From NCBI GenBank assembly GCA_963422735.1, contig OY730476.1, forward strand, positions 2,592,001 to 2,656,000: a stretch of 64,000 bases of DNA, written 5' to 3'. The stretch is from Candidatus Latescibacterota bacterium (GTDB lineage Bacteria; Latescibacterota; UBA2968; UBA8231). Within the stretch, counting starts at the first letter, position 1; each line of letters starts with the position of its first letter. The notes below the pieces were generated by a model. That model saw only the letters and a program-made list of their open reading frames with translations. It had not been told where the DNA came from and ran no database searches. Below are positions 28,639 to 38,943 of this stretch, in pieces. Both the position numbers and the translations under genes were made by a program.

Positions 28639-28784
28639 ATTGCGTTCTCCTCAATACAGGATTTATGACTAGAACATAACCTGCGCAAGAGTCCGCCGCA
28701 CATCACGCACCCCGTGATTGACGCATCCCGACGATAGTTTCTATATCATATCCTTGGATAAACCCAACTCAAAGGAGGCTCGAC

Positions 28785-29873
28785 ATGAGCGACAAGATGT
28801 ACCGAGCAGCGGCCATAGGCCGGACCGGGTGGGGCAATTGGGGACATGGGCTGCACTTGGGCTTGAAGAACCACCCGCGCATCGAGGTGGTAGCCGTCGC
28901 CGATGAGGACGCGCAAGAGAAGCAGGCCAAGCAGGAGGAATTGGCCGCCCCCCGCGCCTACGTCGACTGGCGCGAGATGCTAGAGACCGAGCAGCCAGAG
29001 GTGGTGACGGTTGGGCCGCGCTGGACCGATTGCCACTTGGAGATGGTGCAGGCCTGTTTGGAGGTGGGGGCGCACGTGTACTGCGAAAAGCCCATGACTT
29101 GGAACTTGGCTGAAGGTGACCAGATTGTGGCTAAGGCCGAGGCAACCGGTCGAAAGGTAGCCGTGGCGCATCAGGGGGCGTACCTGCCGCGAATACGGCA
29201 CGTAGAGGAGGTGTTGGCGCAGGGGCGGATCGGCGAGGTGCAGGCCATTCGCGCCCACGGCAAACAGGACCGGCGCGGCGGCGGCGAGGACATGATTGTG
29301 CTGGGAACGCACTTGTTCAATATAATGCGCCTGTTTGTCGGCGATGTGGCGTGGATGACAGCGCACATCACGCACCAAGGCCGCGCGCTAAAAGTCGAAG
29401 ATGTGCGCGAGGCGACCGAGCCGGTGGGACCCGTCGCTGGCGATTGCATCAACAGCTATTTCGCCTTCAAAAGCGGGGTGGCGGGCTTTTTTGATTCGCG
29501 GAAATACGCCGAGGGCGGGGGCCAGCGGATGGGCATGGAGATCGAGGGCAGCGAAGGGGTGATCGCGTTGCGCGGCGGCGGCAGTGGCCCGGCCATGCTC
29601 TATCCGCATCCGGTATTTGATCCCGCCGATGCGAGCCAGCAGTGGATCCCCTTAGACGAGGTGGCGGACGAATCCCTGAGCACGGGCAACGACTTGGCGG
29701 TCGCCGATTTGATCGACGCGGCCGAAGCCGACCGCGAGCCGCTGTCGAGCGCACGCGACGCAGTGGCGGCTTTGGAGATGATCTTGGGAGCCTACGAGTC
29801 GGAGATTACCGGGGAACGGGTGGAATTCCCGATGGAGCGGCGAGAGCACCCGTTGGTTGCTTGGAGGGCTTAG
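28785..29873 (+). CDS. Gfo/Idh/MocA family oxidoreductase
   Basis: AAAIGRTG, HVYCEKP, LGTHLF; AAGGAGG RBS. Confidence 0.92.
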   Translation: MSDKMYRAAAIGRTGWGNWGHGLHLGLKNHPRIEVVAVADEDAQEKQAKQEELAAPRAYVDWREMLETEQPEVVTVGPRWTDCHLEMVQACLEVGAHVYCEKPMTWNLAEGDQIVAKAEATGRKVAVAHQGAYLPRIRHVEEVLAQGRIGEVQAIRAHGKQDRRGGGEDMIVLGTHLFNIMRLFVGDVAWMTAHITHQGRALKVEDVREATEPVGPVAGDCINSYFAFKSGVAGFFDSRKYAEGGGQRMGMEIEGSEGVIALRGGGSGPAMLYPHPVFDPADASQQWIPLDEVADESLSTGNDLAVADLIDAAEADREPLSSARDAVAALEMILGAYESEITGERVEFPMERREHPLVAWRA

Positions 29874-29930
29874 GTCGTCTTCCTCGTCAAAATGACATGT
29901 CAATCAACATAATGACTATCAACTAGTGCG

Positions 29931-30227
29931 CTACCTCGCTGATTTCAACGGGCTCCCCCCCTTGTTGTACCATCTTTAATGCGGCTGAAAGGGTCGTTGA
30001 AAGAAGCATTTTCAAGTGTGCATTTGAACTATTGCCGCAGGTAAGCCATATCACTTTTGGAGGCGGACCGAAACAATTGCGTTCGCCTCTCGCGCTCAAT
30101 AAAAAATATTAGGCTCCTTCGCCTTCCCAAGCTCCATATCGCGCAGATGGAGTACCTCAATGCCAAACGTATCTTGAATCCGAGGGGAGAGTTTGGGGGA
30201 GATATGAACGTCCAGCCAAAGTATCAC
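29931..30227 (-). pseudogene. DUF5615/VapC45-like PIN toxin pseudogene
   Basis: VILWLDVHISP...IFY*AREANAIV [TKDxDF segment missing, frameshift] GPPPKVIWLTCGNSSNAHL; GTGA overlap with the DUF433 stop. Confidence 0.8.
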
Positions 30228-30448
30228 GCAGCAAGAACCGGATGGTTGAGCCGTTGACTGGCAAACCGCAGACAGGCGCGAATGTCTTCCAGTTCAAGGT
30301 CGGGATGCTCGTCCAAGATATGTTCGCTACTTGGGCCATGGGCGAGCAAGTCCAGCACATCGGTGACGCGAATTCGCATCCTTCGAATACAGGGCCGTCC
30401 CCCGCACTGGTCGGAATCTATCGTGATGCGATCTTGCAGAATAGTCAT
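30224..30448 (-). CDS. DUF433 (VapB45-like) antitoxin
   Basis: RITIDSDQCGGRPCIRRMRIRVTDVLDLLA...LELEDIRACL. Confidence 0.9.
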   Translation of the reverse strand: MTILQDRITIDSDQCGGRPCIRRMRIRVTDVLDLLAHGPSSEHILDEHPDLELEDIRACLRFASQRLNHPVLAA

Positions 30449-30460
30449 AGCGTTAAATAA

Positions 30461-30500
30461 CGCGGGAATGATGTCGAGAACGCGGGAATGATGTCGAGAA
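30461..30500. repeat. perfect 20-bp tandem duplication
   Basis: CGCGGGAATGATGTCGAGAA x2, just upstream of the DUF433 start. Confidence 0.9.
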
Positions 30501-30636
30501 TTTGCGTTGCGTCAACGATCCTGATAAGAACCTCGACGGTTGGGACGCCCGTGGATCTAGGGTCTAGGGGATGCCGGCCGGACAACCACAGGGGATTGGC
30601 CGACCGGCGCGTCGTCCCTGCCATTCTCCGCTCGGG

Positions 30637-30665
30637 TTGACGCTTCTCCTCCCATTCCTTACAAT
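30637..30665 (+). promoter_or_regulatory. sigma70-like promoter of the TonB-receptor operon
   Basis: TTGACG-17 nt-TACAAT. Confidence 0.55.
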
Positions 30666-30711
30666 TTTGATTCTTTTCAAGCTATTCCTACTTCATTCAC
30701 GGAGGGCACTC

Positions 30712-33700
30712 ATGCACATTGAGAGGAAGAAGTGGCCGGCGGCACTGGGCGTGGCGTTGTTTTGCACTCTGCTCGCGCTGCCGGCGTTCGCTGGCAACGG
30801 CAAGATTGCCGGCGTGGTACGAGACGATTCCGGGCAGGCATTGCCCGGGGCCAATGTGTTCGCCGAAGTGACCGGCGAGCGAGTCGGCACTACAGCCGAC
30901 GACAAGGGTCGCTACTTTTTACTCAACATCCCGCCCGGCACCTATGCGGTCGAATCGAGTTACGTAGGGCACCAAACGGTGCGCCAGACCCAAATCGAGG
31001 TCCGCTTGGACCTGACGACGACGGTCGATTTCGAGCTGAAGACCGAGGCGATTGAAGGCGAGGCGATAACAGTGGTTGCCGAGGCACCGCTGGTTGAGCG
31101 CTCGCTGACGACCAGCCGGGCGACAATAGGCCGCGCCGAACTGAACAACACCATGCCGGTGGCCGACTTGCAGGACTTGATTAACACGACGCCGAGCGTG
31201 TTCCGCGGCTATATCCGCGGCGGGCGCAAGGCCGAGGCCAAAGTGCTCGTCGATGGGATCGATGTGTCGGATACATATTTCCGCGCCGGCGAAGGCTTAG
31301 TCACTTGGAACCCCTATGTAGACGTCAATCGCACCTCGGATGGCGAGTTCACTGCGGTCGGCGTCAACTCCAGCAACGTGCAGTCGCTGGACATTATCGC
31401 CGGCACCTTCAACGCCGAGTACGACGCGGCTAGCGCCGGCATCATCAACGTCGTCACCCGCGAAGGCAGCGACGAGTTAGAGGGGAGGCTGTTTATCCGT
31501 CGCGGCGTCAGCGGGTACAAAAACGCCGGCCCGGATGTCTATGCGAGTCTGGTCAACCCCAAGCCGGGCGACGACGGTATCGTTGATAAGACGACCTATT
31601 TCAACCGCTATACGAAAGAGCGCGACAAGTTGCTAGCCTCTGAGGACGAGGCCGACAAGGCCAAGGCCGACAATTACTACATTTTCGACCCCGAGCAAGT
31701 TACCTACGGCGACAATCCCTCCGCGGAGATGGAATTTTCGCTGGGGGGCAAGCTGCCGTTGCCGCGCACGAATTTCTACTTGACCACGCGCTATCTCAAC
31801 GACGAGGGGGTATTCCCCAACGCGCTCAACCGCTCGCAGCGCTACTCGCTCAAGCTGACGCATCGGCTCAGCCAGAATATCAAGCTGACCGGCAATGCGA
31901 TGATCGACGACGGTGGCGAGTTGGGAGGTTGGGTCAACCGCAACTTCAGCGGCCGCTACGCCTACTTTCCCGCCGGGGCCTTGGGCAACAAGAAGCTGGG
32001 GACGATGTACTATGCGGGGATGAGCCACTCGCTTTCTAACAACACCTTCTACGAGATCAAGCTCTCGCAGGTTTCGCGCATGAGCAAGTTCGGCTACTCC
32101 GACGACAACGCCGACGGCATCGTCGAGGCCAGCGAGAATGGCGACTTCATCTTCATCGACAGCGCCGAAGAGTCGGAAAAGTACCTAGGCGTTGACGGCT
32201 CTGGGGCCGACGCCGACGGCAACTTTACCTTTTTTACCACCAACCCCGGCAATTCGCGCAACTTCGACCTGCCCTTTGGCGACAATCAGTACCGCTTGGC
32301 GCAGGCGGGCTTCTACTTTGAGGAGCTCAACCGCGACGTGATGCAGCTCAAGGCCGACCTCACCCATCAGTACAACTACCACCACCAACTCAAGGCCGGC
32401 CTGCTGTTCCGCAGCCACACGGTCTCGCACCTCATGCAGCGGACGCAGATTACGGTGGGCTATTCCAATCTGCCGTACGAGATTGCCGAATACGAGCGCA
32501 ACCCGAGCGAGCTCGCCTTTTACGTGCAGGACAAGATTGAGTACGAGGGCATCATCCTCAACGCTGGCTTGCGGCTCGACAGCTTCAACGCAGACGCCGA
32601 GCAACTCGCCGACTTTTTCCGCCCGTCCGAAGAGGCCGAATACACCTATGAAGGCGGCCAGACCCACACCTACCGCCGCCCGATTCGCGGTGAGGCGGTC
32701 GAAACGCGCTGGTACTTGCAGCCACGGCTGGGGGTCTCGCACCCGATCAGCGAGCAGGCCGCCATGCACTACTCGTGGGGCAAGTTCTACTCGACGCCGT
32801 CGTTTTCGTTCCTCTATGAGGACTACGGCAGCCTCACCAACCCGGCGTGGCCGAACCTGCCGGATGTCGAGGCGGATCCGACGACGGCCACCGCGTACGA
32901 GATGGGCCTGCAGTACAGCTTCGCGCCCGAGTACTTGCTCGACGTTACGGCCTACTACCGCGACATCGAAAACTACGGGCGGCTCGGCTTTACCATCAGC
33001 CCGGCCGACGCTGGCTTTGCCAACTACAGTCTCAACACGAGCGGTGGGTACGCCGACAGCCGCGGCATTGAGTTCGGGGTGGAGCGCAGATCGCGGAGCA
33101 AGATCAATGGTCGCGTCAACTACGCGTATAGCTATATCAAGGCATCGCGCAGTGGCAATAACTCGACGCCTTTCCCGGACAAAAATTCGTTTTCGGTCAA
33201 CGCCCCAACCGATGTCCAAGCCTTAGAGACGGCACTGGCCAACAAGGAGCGGTTCAACACCTATGAGGCCAATGTCAACGGCGGTGGCAATCCGCTGGTC
33301 ACCGGCTACGACCGGGCCCACCGCATCGCCGTTACCCTGCTGGCCGAGCTGCCAGCGCAGGTTGGTTTGACCTTGATCTCGACGGCGGAAAGCGGCTTCA
33401 ACTACAATGTAACGGCCACCACTGACGATCCGCGCGAGCGCGAGACCCGACAGGCCTCGTGGAATACGCGCACGGATCTGCGGCTCCACCGCGGCCTTGA
33501 GTTGGGCGGCTTGGCGCTAGGAGCCTTCTTTGAGGTGCGCAATGTTTTCGACCGCGAGAATATCCTTACGTGGGACAATCGCAACATCCTCTCCACCACC
33601 AAGTGGGAGGAAGATGGAGACCCGACTGGCGACCTCAACCGGGCCTTCACCGGCCAGAGTCAGGCGATTTACGACATCCCGCGCATGGCCAATTTCGGCG

Positions 33701-33717
33701 TCACCGTGGATTTCTAG
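30712..33717 (+). CDS. TonB-dependent receptor with N-terminal carboxypeptidase-regulatory-like domain
   Basis: ATG 30712 with GGAGG RBS; GKIAGVVRD...LPGANV; plug GTFNAEY...GIINVVTREG; barrel QPRLGVSHPIS; terminal Phe (GVTVDF). Confidence 0.92.
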   Translation: MHIERKKWPAALGVALFCTLLALPAFAGNGKIAGVVRDDSGQALPGANVFAEVTGERVGTTADDKGRYFLLNIPPGTYAVESSYVGHQTVRQTQIEVRLDLTTTVDFELKTEAIEGEAITVVAEAPLVERSLTTSRATIGRAELNNTMPVADLQDLINTTPSVFRGYIRGGRKAEAKVLVDGIDVSDTYFRAGEGLVTWNPYVDVNRTSDGEFTAVGVNSSNVQSLDIIAGTFNAEYDAASAGIINVVTREGSDELEGRLFIRRGVSGYKNAGPDVYASLVNPKPGDDGIVDKTTYFNRYTKERDKLLASEDEADKAKADNYYIFDPEQVTYGDNPSAEMEFSLGGKLPLPRTNFYLTTRYLNDEGVFPNALNRSQRYSLKLTHRLSQNIKLTGNAMIDDGGELGGWVNRNFSGRYAYFPAGALGNKKLGTMYYAGMSHSLSNNTFYEIKLSQVSRMSKFGYSDDNADGIVEASENGDFIFIDSAEESEKYLGVDGSGADADGNFTFFTTNPGNSRNFDLPFGDNQYRLAQAGFYFEELNRDVMQLKADLTHQYNYHHQLKAGLLFRSHTVSHLMQRTQITVGYSNLPYEIAEYERNPSELAFYVQDKIEYEGIILNAGLRLDSFNADAEQLADFFRPSEEAEYTYEGGQTHTYRRPIRGEAVETRWYLQPRLGVSHPISEQAAMHYSWGKFYSTPSFSFLYEDYGSLTNPAWPNLPDVEADPTTATAYEMGLQYSFAPEYLLDVTAYYRDIENYGRLGFTISPADAGFANYSLNTSGGYADSRGIEFGVERRSRSKINGRVNYAYSYIKASRSGNNSTPFPDKNSFSVNAPTDVQALETALANKERFNTYEANVNGGGNPLVTGYDRAHRIAVTLLAELPAQVGLTLISTAESGFNYNVTATTDDPRERETRQASWNTRTDLRLHRGLELGGLALGAFFEVRNVFDRENILTWDNRNILSTTKWEEDGDPTGDLNRAFTGQSQAIYDIPRMANFGVTVDF

Positions 33718-33730
33718 GAGGAATACTAAG

Positions 33731-36246
33731 ATGGTTAAACGCATAAAGATTGCGTCCCGGCTGGCGACCGCGTTGGTAATCGCCGCTGCTGGGGCGACCG
33801 CCGCTCAAGAGGGAGGCGTATTCACCGCCGGCGATCTGTGGGATTCCTTTTTTCCCAGCAACGCCGGCTCTTGGTACCGCGAGGTCGATGACGATCCGAC
33901 CGCGCGTTTTACCCTCTTTCGCGTCGGCAACTGGGACCGCCAGTGGACCACGCCGTCCCAAACCTATCCGGGCGGCGAGAATCTGCACCTGCCTTGGGGC
34001 CAAGATCTGCAGATGACGGAATACAGCCCCGACGAGATCAATATTACCACGGACAGCAACGCGCCTCGCGCCAAGCAGTACTTGCACGGCTTCTACACCA
34101 GCGGCTTGGCCGGTGCCGGCGATGCAGCGCGCAACTTTACCAGCCCGGGAGCCTACTGGGTTGATGACGACCGCAACGAGATGCGCTACGAGGGCGCGAT
34201 GCCGACGAATTTAGGCGTTGATGTGCGCTGGCGGATGCGGCAGTTTGCCGCCAATCACGCCAACCTCAACGACTTCATCGTCGTCGAGCTGGAGTTGACC
34301 AACACCGGCGTACTCGACGCCGATGGCGACGGCACGGCTGAAAAGACCGACAACCGCATCCACGCGCTGACGCTGCACCTGCAAAACGAGCCGATCAACT
34401 CGATGAGCAATCGCAACAATGGCCGTCGTGGTGCTTCGGGGTGGTTCACTGGCCCGACCTCGGGTTACGACGCCACGCCCGACGCCAGCGGTGCGCCTTG
34501 GGATGTGCCGGTGGTATTCACCGGGCCTCGGCCGAGTGATCTCGGGGACCCGCACCCGGTCTTCGGCACTTCGACCGGTTGGGCCGCCGACGGTGCGCGC
34601 CTGTTGGGCAACACCATGAATCGGCGCAGGTACTACTACGATATCTACAATGGAATGCAGTGGATCGCCGCCAAACAGGGTGCGTTGCCAGAAAGCGGCA
34701 GCACGGCGGCTCAGGACGACAAGCGGACGATCTACGACAGCCATCCGGTCGGCGTGGATGCCGAGCGTGGCTGGTTCACCTCGGTGCTCAAAGACGACGG
34801 CGGCTACCGCAATCCACGCGAGAATCACATCTATGCGATGGCCGCGTTTTTCGACGGCGAACAGATCGGCAGCCGCGCTTGGGACAAGGGGGCAGCTATC
34901 CAGAACGAGAGCAGCTTGGTACCCGACCCCAACTGGTTCGACCCAAACCACTCGGACATCGTCCCCGGCGACCCGCTCTCGTTCGTCAATGCCGTGCGCC
35001 CCGAAGGCGAGCGCAGCCAGCCGTTAGGCGACATGAAGTACAACAACACCTTCATCCAAAACTGGGAGGTCGATCCCAGCCGCCCACTAGACGACCAGCC
35101 CGAGTGGGCTTGGACGCAGGGCTACGCGATCGACCACAACTTCGACGGCATGTTGCAGGTGGGCATCGGCCCGTTCTCACTGGAGGTGGGCGAGACCATC
35201 ACGCTGGTACTGGTCGAGTACGCCGGATTTCGCTTGCAGGGGGCACGCGCTGCGCGCAGCACGGCGCAGTGGGTCTATGAAAACAATTTCGAGGTCTCCT
35301 CGCCGCCGCCGACGCCTCACATCGAAGTAGCACCCAACACGGATGTCAAAGTAGATATCAAGTGGGACGACCGCGCCGAAGCAGCATCTGACTTTGCAGG
35401 TTACAAGGTCTATCGCTCGACGCTGTTCCCACGAGTCAATTCGCTCGATGTCGGCCTGCGCATCATCGACCGCTACCACCACCAGACCGAGGTCGATCCC
35501 ACGGACGCGCAACTGGCCGCCTTTGGTGCCGACAACAACCCCAACATCAGCTCTGGAGCCTATAGGCCTCAAGAGCCAGCGGCGTGGGGGCCTTATCGGC
35601 TGATTGCCCACGTGCCCCTCAGCGAGTTGGGCAACTACCTCAACGACGGCCCGGACAGCGACGTGTTCAAATACAAGTTTGCCGATAACAGCGACTTGGT
35701 GACCTTTGGGTTTACCTATTACTACTATGTCGCCGCATACGACGACGAGTCCGGCGAGATCAACGGCCAGCCCTTCAGCTCGCTGGAGACGCATCGGCAC
35801 AATTTCAATGGCCGCGATGGGCTGTGGAAAAATACGTACCACTACGCGACCGCTAGTTCATTTTTCCCAGCCAGCTTGGAGGGACAAAAGGCCATTGGCG
35901 CGCCGTTCATACTCAAGGCACCGCTGGCTGCGGCCGACGACCTCACAAGCGGTGCGCTCGCCGTCCGCGTGGTGCCCAATCCCTATAAGAAAGGCGCGCT
36001 ACACGATACGGGCACCGAGACAAGATGCTCTTTATCAACCTGCCGACCGGCACCAAAATTACTATCTTCGACGTGGCCGGGCAGGTCATCGACGTGCTCC
36101 ACTTCGACAGTACCAACCCGTTCGACGGTACGCTGTTTTGGGACATGTTTTCCAAGGACGGCATCGAGGTAGCCAGCGGGCTATACATCTACGTGGCCGA
36201 GTACCCGGGCGGGACGCAGACCGGGCACTTCGCCATTCTGCGCTGA
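33731..36246 (+). CDS. secreted FN3-like + T9SS-type-CTD protein, split by a single frameshift near 36020
   Basis: ATG 33731 with AGGAG; DFAGYKVYRS and YYYYVAAYD; VRVVPNPY... continues in the -1 frame as KMLFINLP...IFDVAGQ...VASGLYIY...FAILR. Confidence 0.8.
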
Positions 36247-36268
36247 ACCGAACAGGGGAGACTTGAAA

Positions 36269-37303
36269 ATGAAAGCGTTGAAACTCATTGCAGTGCTAGG
36301 GTTGGCCCTCTTGCTGGCGCAACCTGGGGTCGCCGATGTGCGCAAGTCTGGCCTGACCGGTGCCGCGTTTCTCAAGATTGGCGTGGGGGCTAGGCCGGTC
36401 GCGCTCGGCTCGGCCTATACGACCGTAGCTGGCGACGTCCACCAGATGTTCTGGAACCCGGCCGGTGCGGCCCTGAGCGGCGGCGAAAGCCAAGTGCTGC
36501 TGTCGCACAACTCGTGGATCGCGGATTTGTCGCACGACGCCATCGGATTCGCGCGCGATATGGGCGACATGGGCACCTTGGGCATTGGCGTGGTGACGCT
36601 CGGGTTGAGCGACATTGCCGCCGACCGCGACGTGGTGCCGCAGTTCGTACTCGATGCGGGAACGTTCGCACCCAACGATGCCGAGACCTCGGGCACGTAC
36701 AACTACCGAGATCTGGCCGTGGGTGCGACGTGGGCGCGCAACATTACCGACAGACTCAACTTAGGGGTGACTGGCAAGATCGTGAGTCAGACCATCGATG
36801 GCGTCAGTGCCACCGCGTACGCGGCTGATTTCGGCGCGCTCTACCGCGTCAATTCCACGTACACTATCGGCGCTCGGATCAACAATCTGGGCAGCGATCT
36901 GACGTTCTACGACATCGGTGCGCCACTGCCGCTGATATTCAGCATCGGCGCGGCCGCCGCCATCCTCGACGACCCAAGCAGCGGCATGAAAGTGACCCTG
37001 CTCGCCGATGCCACCAAGCCGCAAGATGCCGAGCAGCTAGTCTACGCGGCGGCCGAGGTGGAGCTTTTCGACATGCTCCGGCTCCGCTCCGGCTACAAGC
37101 TCAACTACCAAGGCATCGAGGACGACAAAGTCGATGAGGTTAGCGGTACGGTCGTTGCGGCCGGCCGCAGCGAGGAGGGCCTGACGGCTGGGCTGGGCCT
37201 CGAATTGGGCATGGCCGATTACGCGGCCACGGTCGATTACGCCTTCACCTCGTTTGGTATCCTCGACAGCGTGCATCAGTTTTCCTTACTGTTCCGCTTC
37301 TGA
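36269..37303 (+). CDS. PorV/PorQ (UPF0164) family outer-membrane protein
   Basis: AAFLKIGVGARPVALGSAY...MFWNPAG; VDYAF..FGIL..VHQFSL. Confidence 0.85.
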   Translation: MKALKLIAVLGLALLLAQPGVADVRKSGLTGAAFLKIGVGARPVALGSAYTTVAGDVHQMFWNPAGAALSGGESQVLLSHNSWIADLSHDAIGFARDMGDMGTLGIGVVTLGLSDIAADRDVVPQFVLDAGTFAPNDAETSGTYNYRDLAVGATWARNITDRLNLGVTGKIVSQTIDGVSATAYAADFGALYRVNSTYTIGARINNLGSDLTFYDIGAPLPLIFSIGAAAAILDDPSSGMKVTLLADATKPQDAEQLVYAAAEVELFDMLRLRSGYKLNYQGIEDDKVDEVSGTVVAAGRSEEGLTAGLGLELGMADYAATVDYAFTSFGILDSVHQFSLLFRF

Positions 37304-37327
37304 GGCTGCATTGCGGTTCGCTAGGAC

Positions 37328-37366
37328 AAAAGCCTCCGGGGCCTCTGGGTCTTGGGGGCTTTTTTT
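37328..37366 (+). terminator. Rho-independent terminator
   Basis: AGCCTCCGGGGCC-TCTG-GGTCTTGGGGGCT stem (with G-U pairs) followed by a T run. Confidence 0.75.
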
Positions 37367-37410
37367 ATCGCGCCCGCATCCGCCGCTGATTACTTGAAGG
37401 AAGGGACTAT

Positions 37411-38847
37411 ATGACAACTAAGCCCGTGCCGCATGAGGTGATCCCCTGTGATCGGCTGCCGGCGGGGCAGTACCGCAACCTACCCGAGCCACCCCACTGG
37501 CGCAAGCTGGTCGGGCCGAGCATCCTGCTCCTGGGGCTTTCGCTGGGCAGCGGGGAGTTCGTGCTCTGGCCCTACATAACGTACAAGTTCGGCTTTGCGG
37601 TGTTCTGGGCCTGCATGGTGGGGGTGCTGACCCAGTATTTCATCAATATGGAGGTCGAGCGCTGGACCTTGGCTACCGGCGAGACTGCGGTGACTGGTTT
37701 TTGTCGCCTATGGTCGGGTTGGGCCGGGGTTTTTCTCTTGTGCAATGTGGTCCCGTGGATGTGGCCGGGCTGGGCGTCCGGGGCGGCGACCATTCTGACG
37801 TGGGAGTTTGGCGGCGACGAGAATACGCGGGTCGGCTATTCGATCGCGAGCCTGTTGTTGGTCGGTTTGGTGCTGAGTTTGGGGCCGGTGGTGTACCGTA
37901 CGGTGGAGCGAATCCAAACGGTACTGATAGCAGCGGTGCTGGCCCTGCTGTTGGTCATTTTCTTTTTGGTAGTAGAGCCTAGCCATGTGTGGGACCTGTG
38001 CAAGGGCATCGTCAATATCGGCTATATTCCAGAGGAAATGGAGTTGCCGCTCTTTTTGGGGGCCTTGGCTTTTGCTGGCGCCGGCGGGACGATGAATTTG
38101 GCGCAGAGCGATTTCGTCCGCGACAAAGGCTATGCCATGGGCGCGTACGTGGGGCGGCTGACTAGCCCGCTGACCGGGCGGGAAGAGGCCGTGGGCGATA
38201 TCGGCTACCACTTTGAGCAGACGCCGGAAAACATGCGGCGCTGGCGTGGCTGGTGGCAGGCGGCCAACCGCGAACACTTGATCACCTTCTACGGGCTTTC
38301 AGCCCTGTCGCTGATGCTTTTGTCGCTTATCGCCTACGCCACTACGAGACAAGCACCTGGGCTAGAACAGGGCTTGGGGTTTATCGGCACCGAGGGCGAC
38401 TTTATGGCGCAGGAGCACGGCAGCTTTTTCAAGCACCTTTTCAACTGGATGGGCATCGCCATTTTGCTGACGACCGAGCTGGGGCTGTTGGACGCCTGCG
38501 CTCGCATCTCCACCGACATCATCAAGACCAACTGGCTGCGCGCCCACGCCCAATGGACGCGGAACCGGCTCTACTTCCTCCTGCTGTGGGCGCAGATTCT
38601 CTTCGGCGTACTGATCATGCTATCGGACTACAACAAGCCGGTGCAATTGCTGGTCTTGAGCGCCTCGCTCAACGCAGGGGTTATGCTGCTGTACTCGGTA
38701 TTGCTCTTGTGGCAGAACAACCGCGTGCTCAAAGGGGCACTGGCCATGCATCCGACGCGTTTTGTGGCCTTGCTCTGGGCCTGCGCCTTCTTTGGCTATT
38801 TCTCATTTGTCACGCTGCGGGAGCAGGTGCCCAAGCTCTGGGGGTGA
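37411..38847 (+). CDS. Nramp-like / APC-superfamily transporter
   Basis: GPSILLLGLSLGSGEFVLWP, RWTLATGE, AFAGAGG; about 11 TM segments. Confidence 0.75.
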   Translation: MTTKPVPHEVIPCDRLPAGQYRNLPEPPHWRKLVGPSILLLGLSLGSGEFVLWPYITYKFGFAVFWACMVGVLTQYFINMEVERWTLATGETAVTGFCRLWSGWAGVFLLCNVVPWMWPGWASGAATILTWEFGGDENTRVGYSIASLLLVGLVLSLGPVVYRTVERIQTVLIAAVLALLLVIFFLVVEPSHVWDLCKGIVNIGYIPEEMELPLFLGALAFAGAGGTMNLAQSDFVRDKGYAMGAYVGRLTSPLTGREEAVGDIGYHFEQTPENMRRWRGWWQAANREHLITFYGLSALSLMLLSLIAYATTRQAPGLEQGLGFIGTEGDFMAQEHGSFFKHLFNWMGIAILLTTELGLLDACARISTDIIKTNWLRAHAQWTRNRLYFLLLWAQILFGVLIMLSDYNKPVQLLVLSASLNAGVMLLYSVLLLWQNNRVLKGALAMHPTRFVALLWACAFFGYFSFVTLREQVPKLWG

Positions 38848-38943
38848 GGGCGTTTGGGACTTAATGTGTTTTTGCTGGTGTATAGTATAGTATCGAGGGT
38901 TTTTAGACAGTTTCTTAAAGACAGTAAGGAGATTTCGGAAGTG

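Noticed and set aside
28384-30500. Short repeats as a CRISPR array
   Set aside because: They are spacer-less tandem repeats, one of them coding, and there are no cas genes.
30571-30711. Upstream start of the TonB receptor ORF (similarly 33530, 48127, 58538 and 21701 for other genes)
   Set aside because: Downstream starts fit better: they have an RBS or signal peptide, or avoid overlap with the neighbouring gene or promoter.
36000-36030. Programmed -1 ribosomal frameshift
   Set aside because: There is no X XXY YYZ slippery site at the break; a 1-bp deletion explains it more simply.
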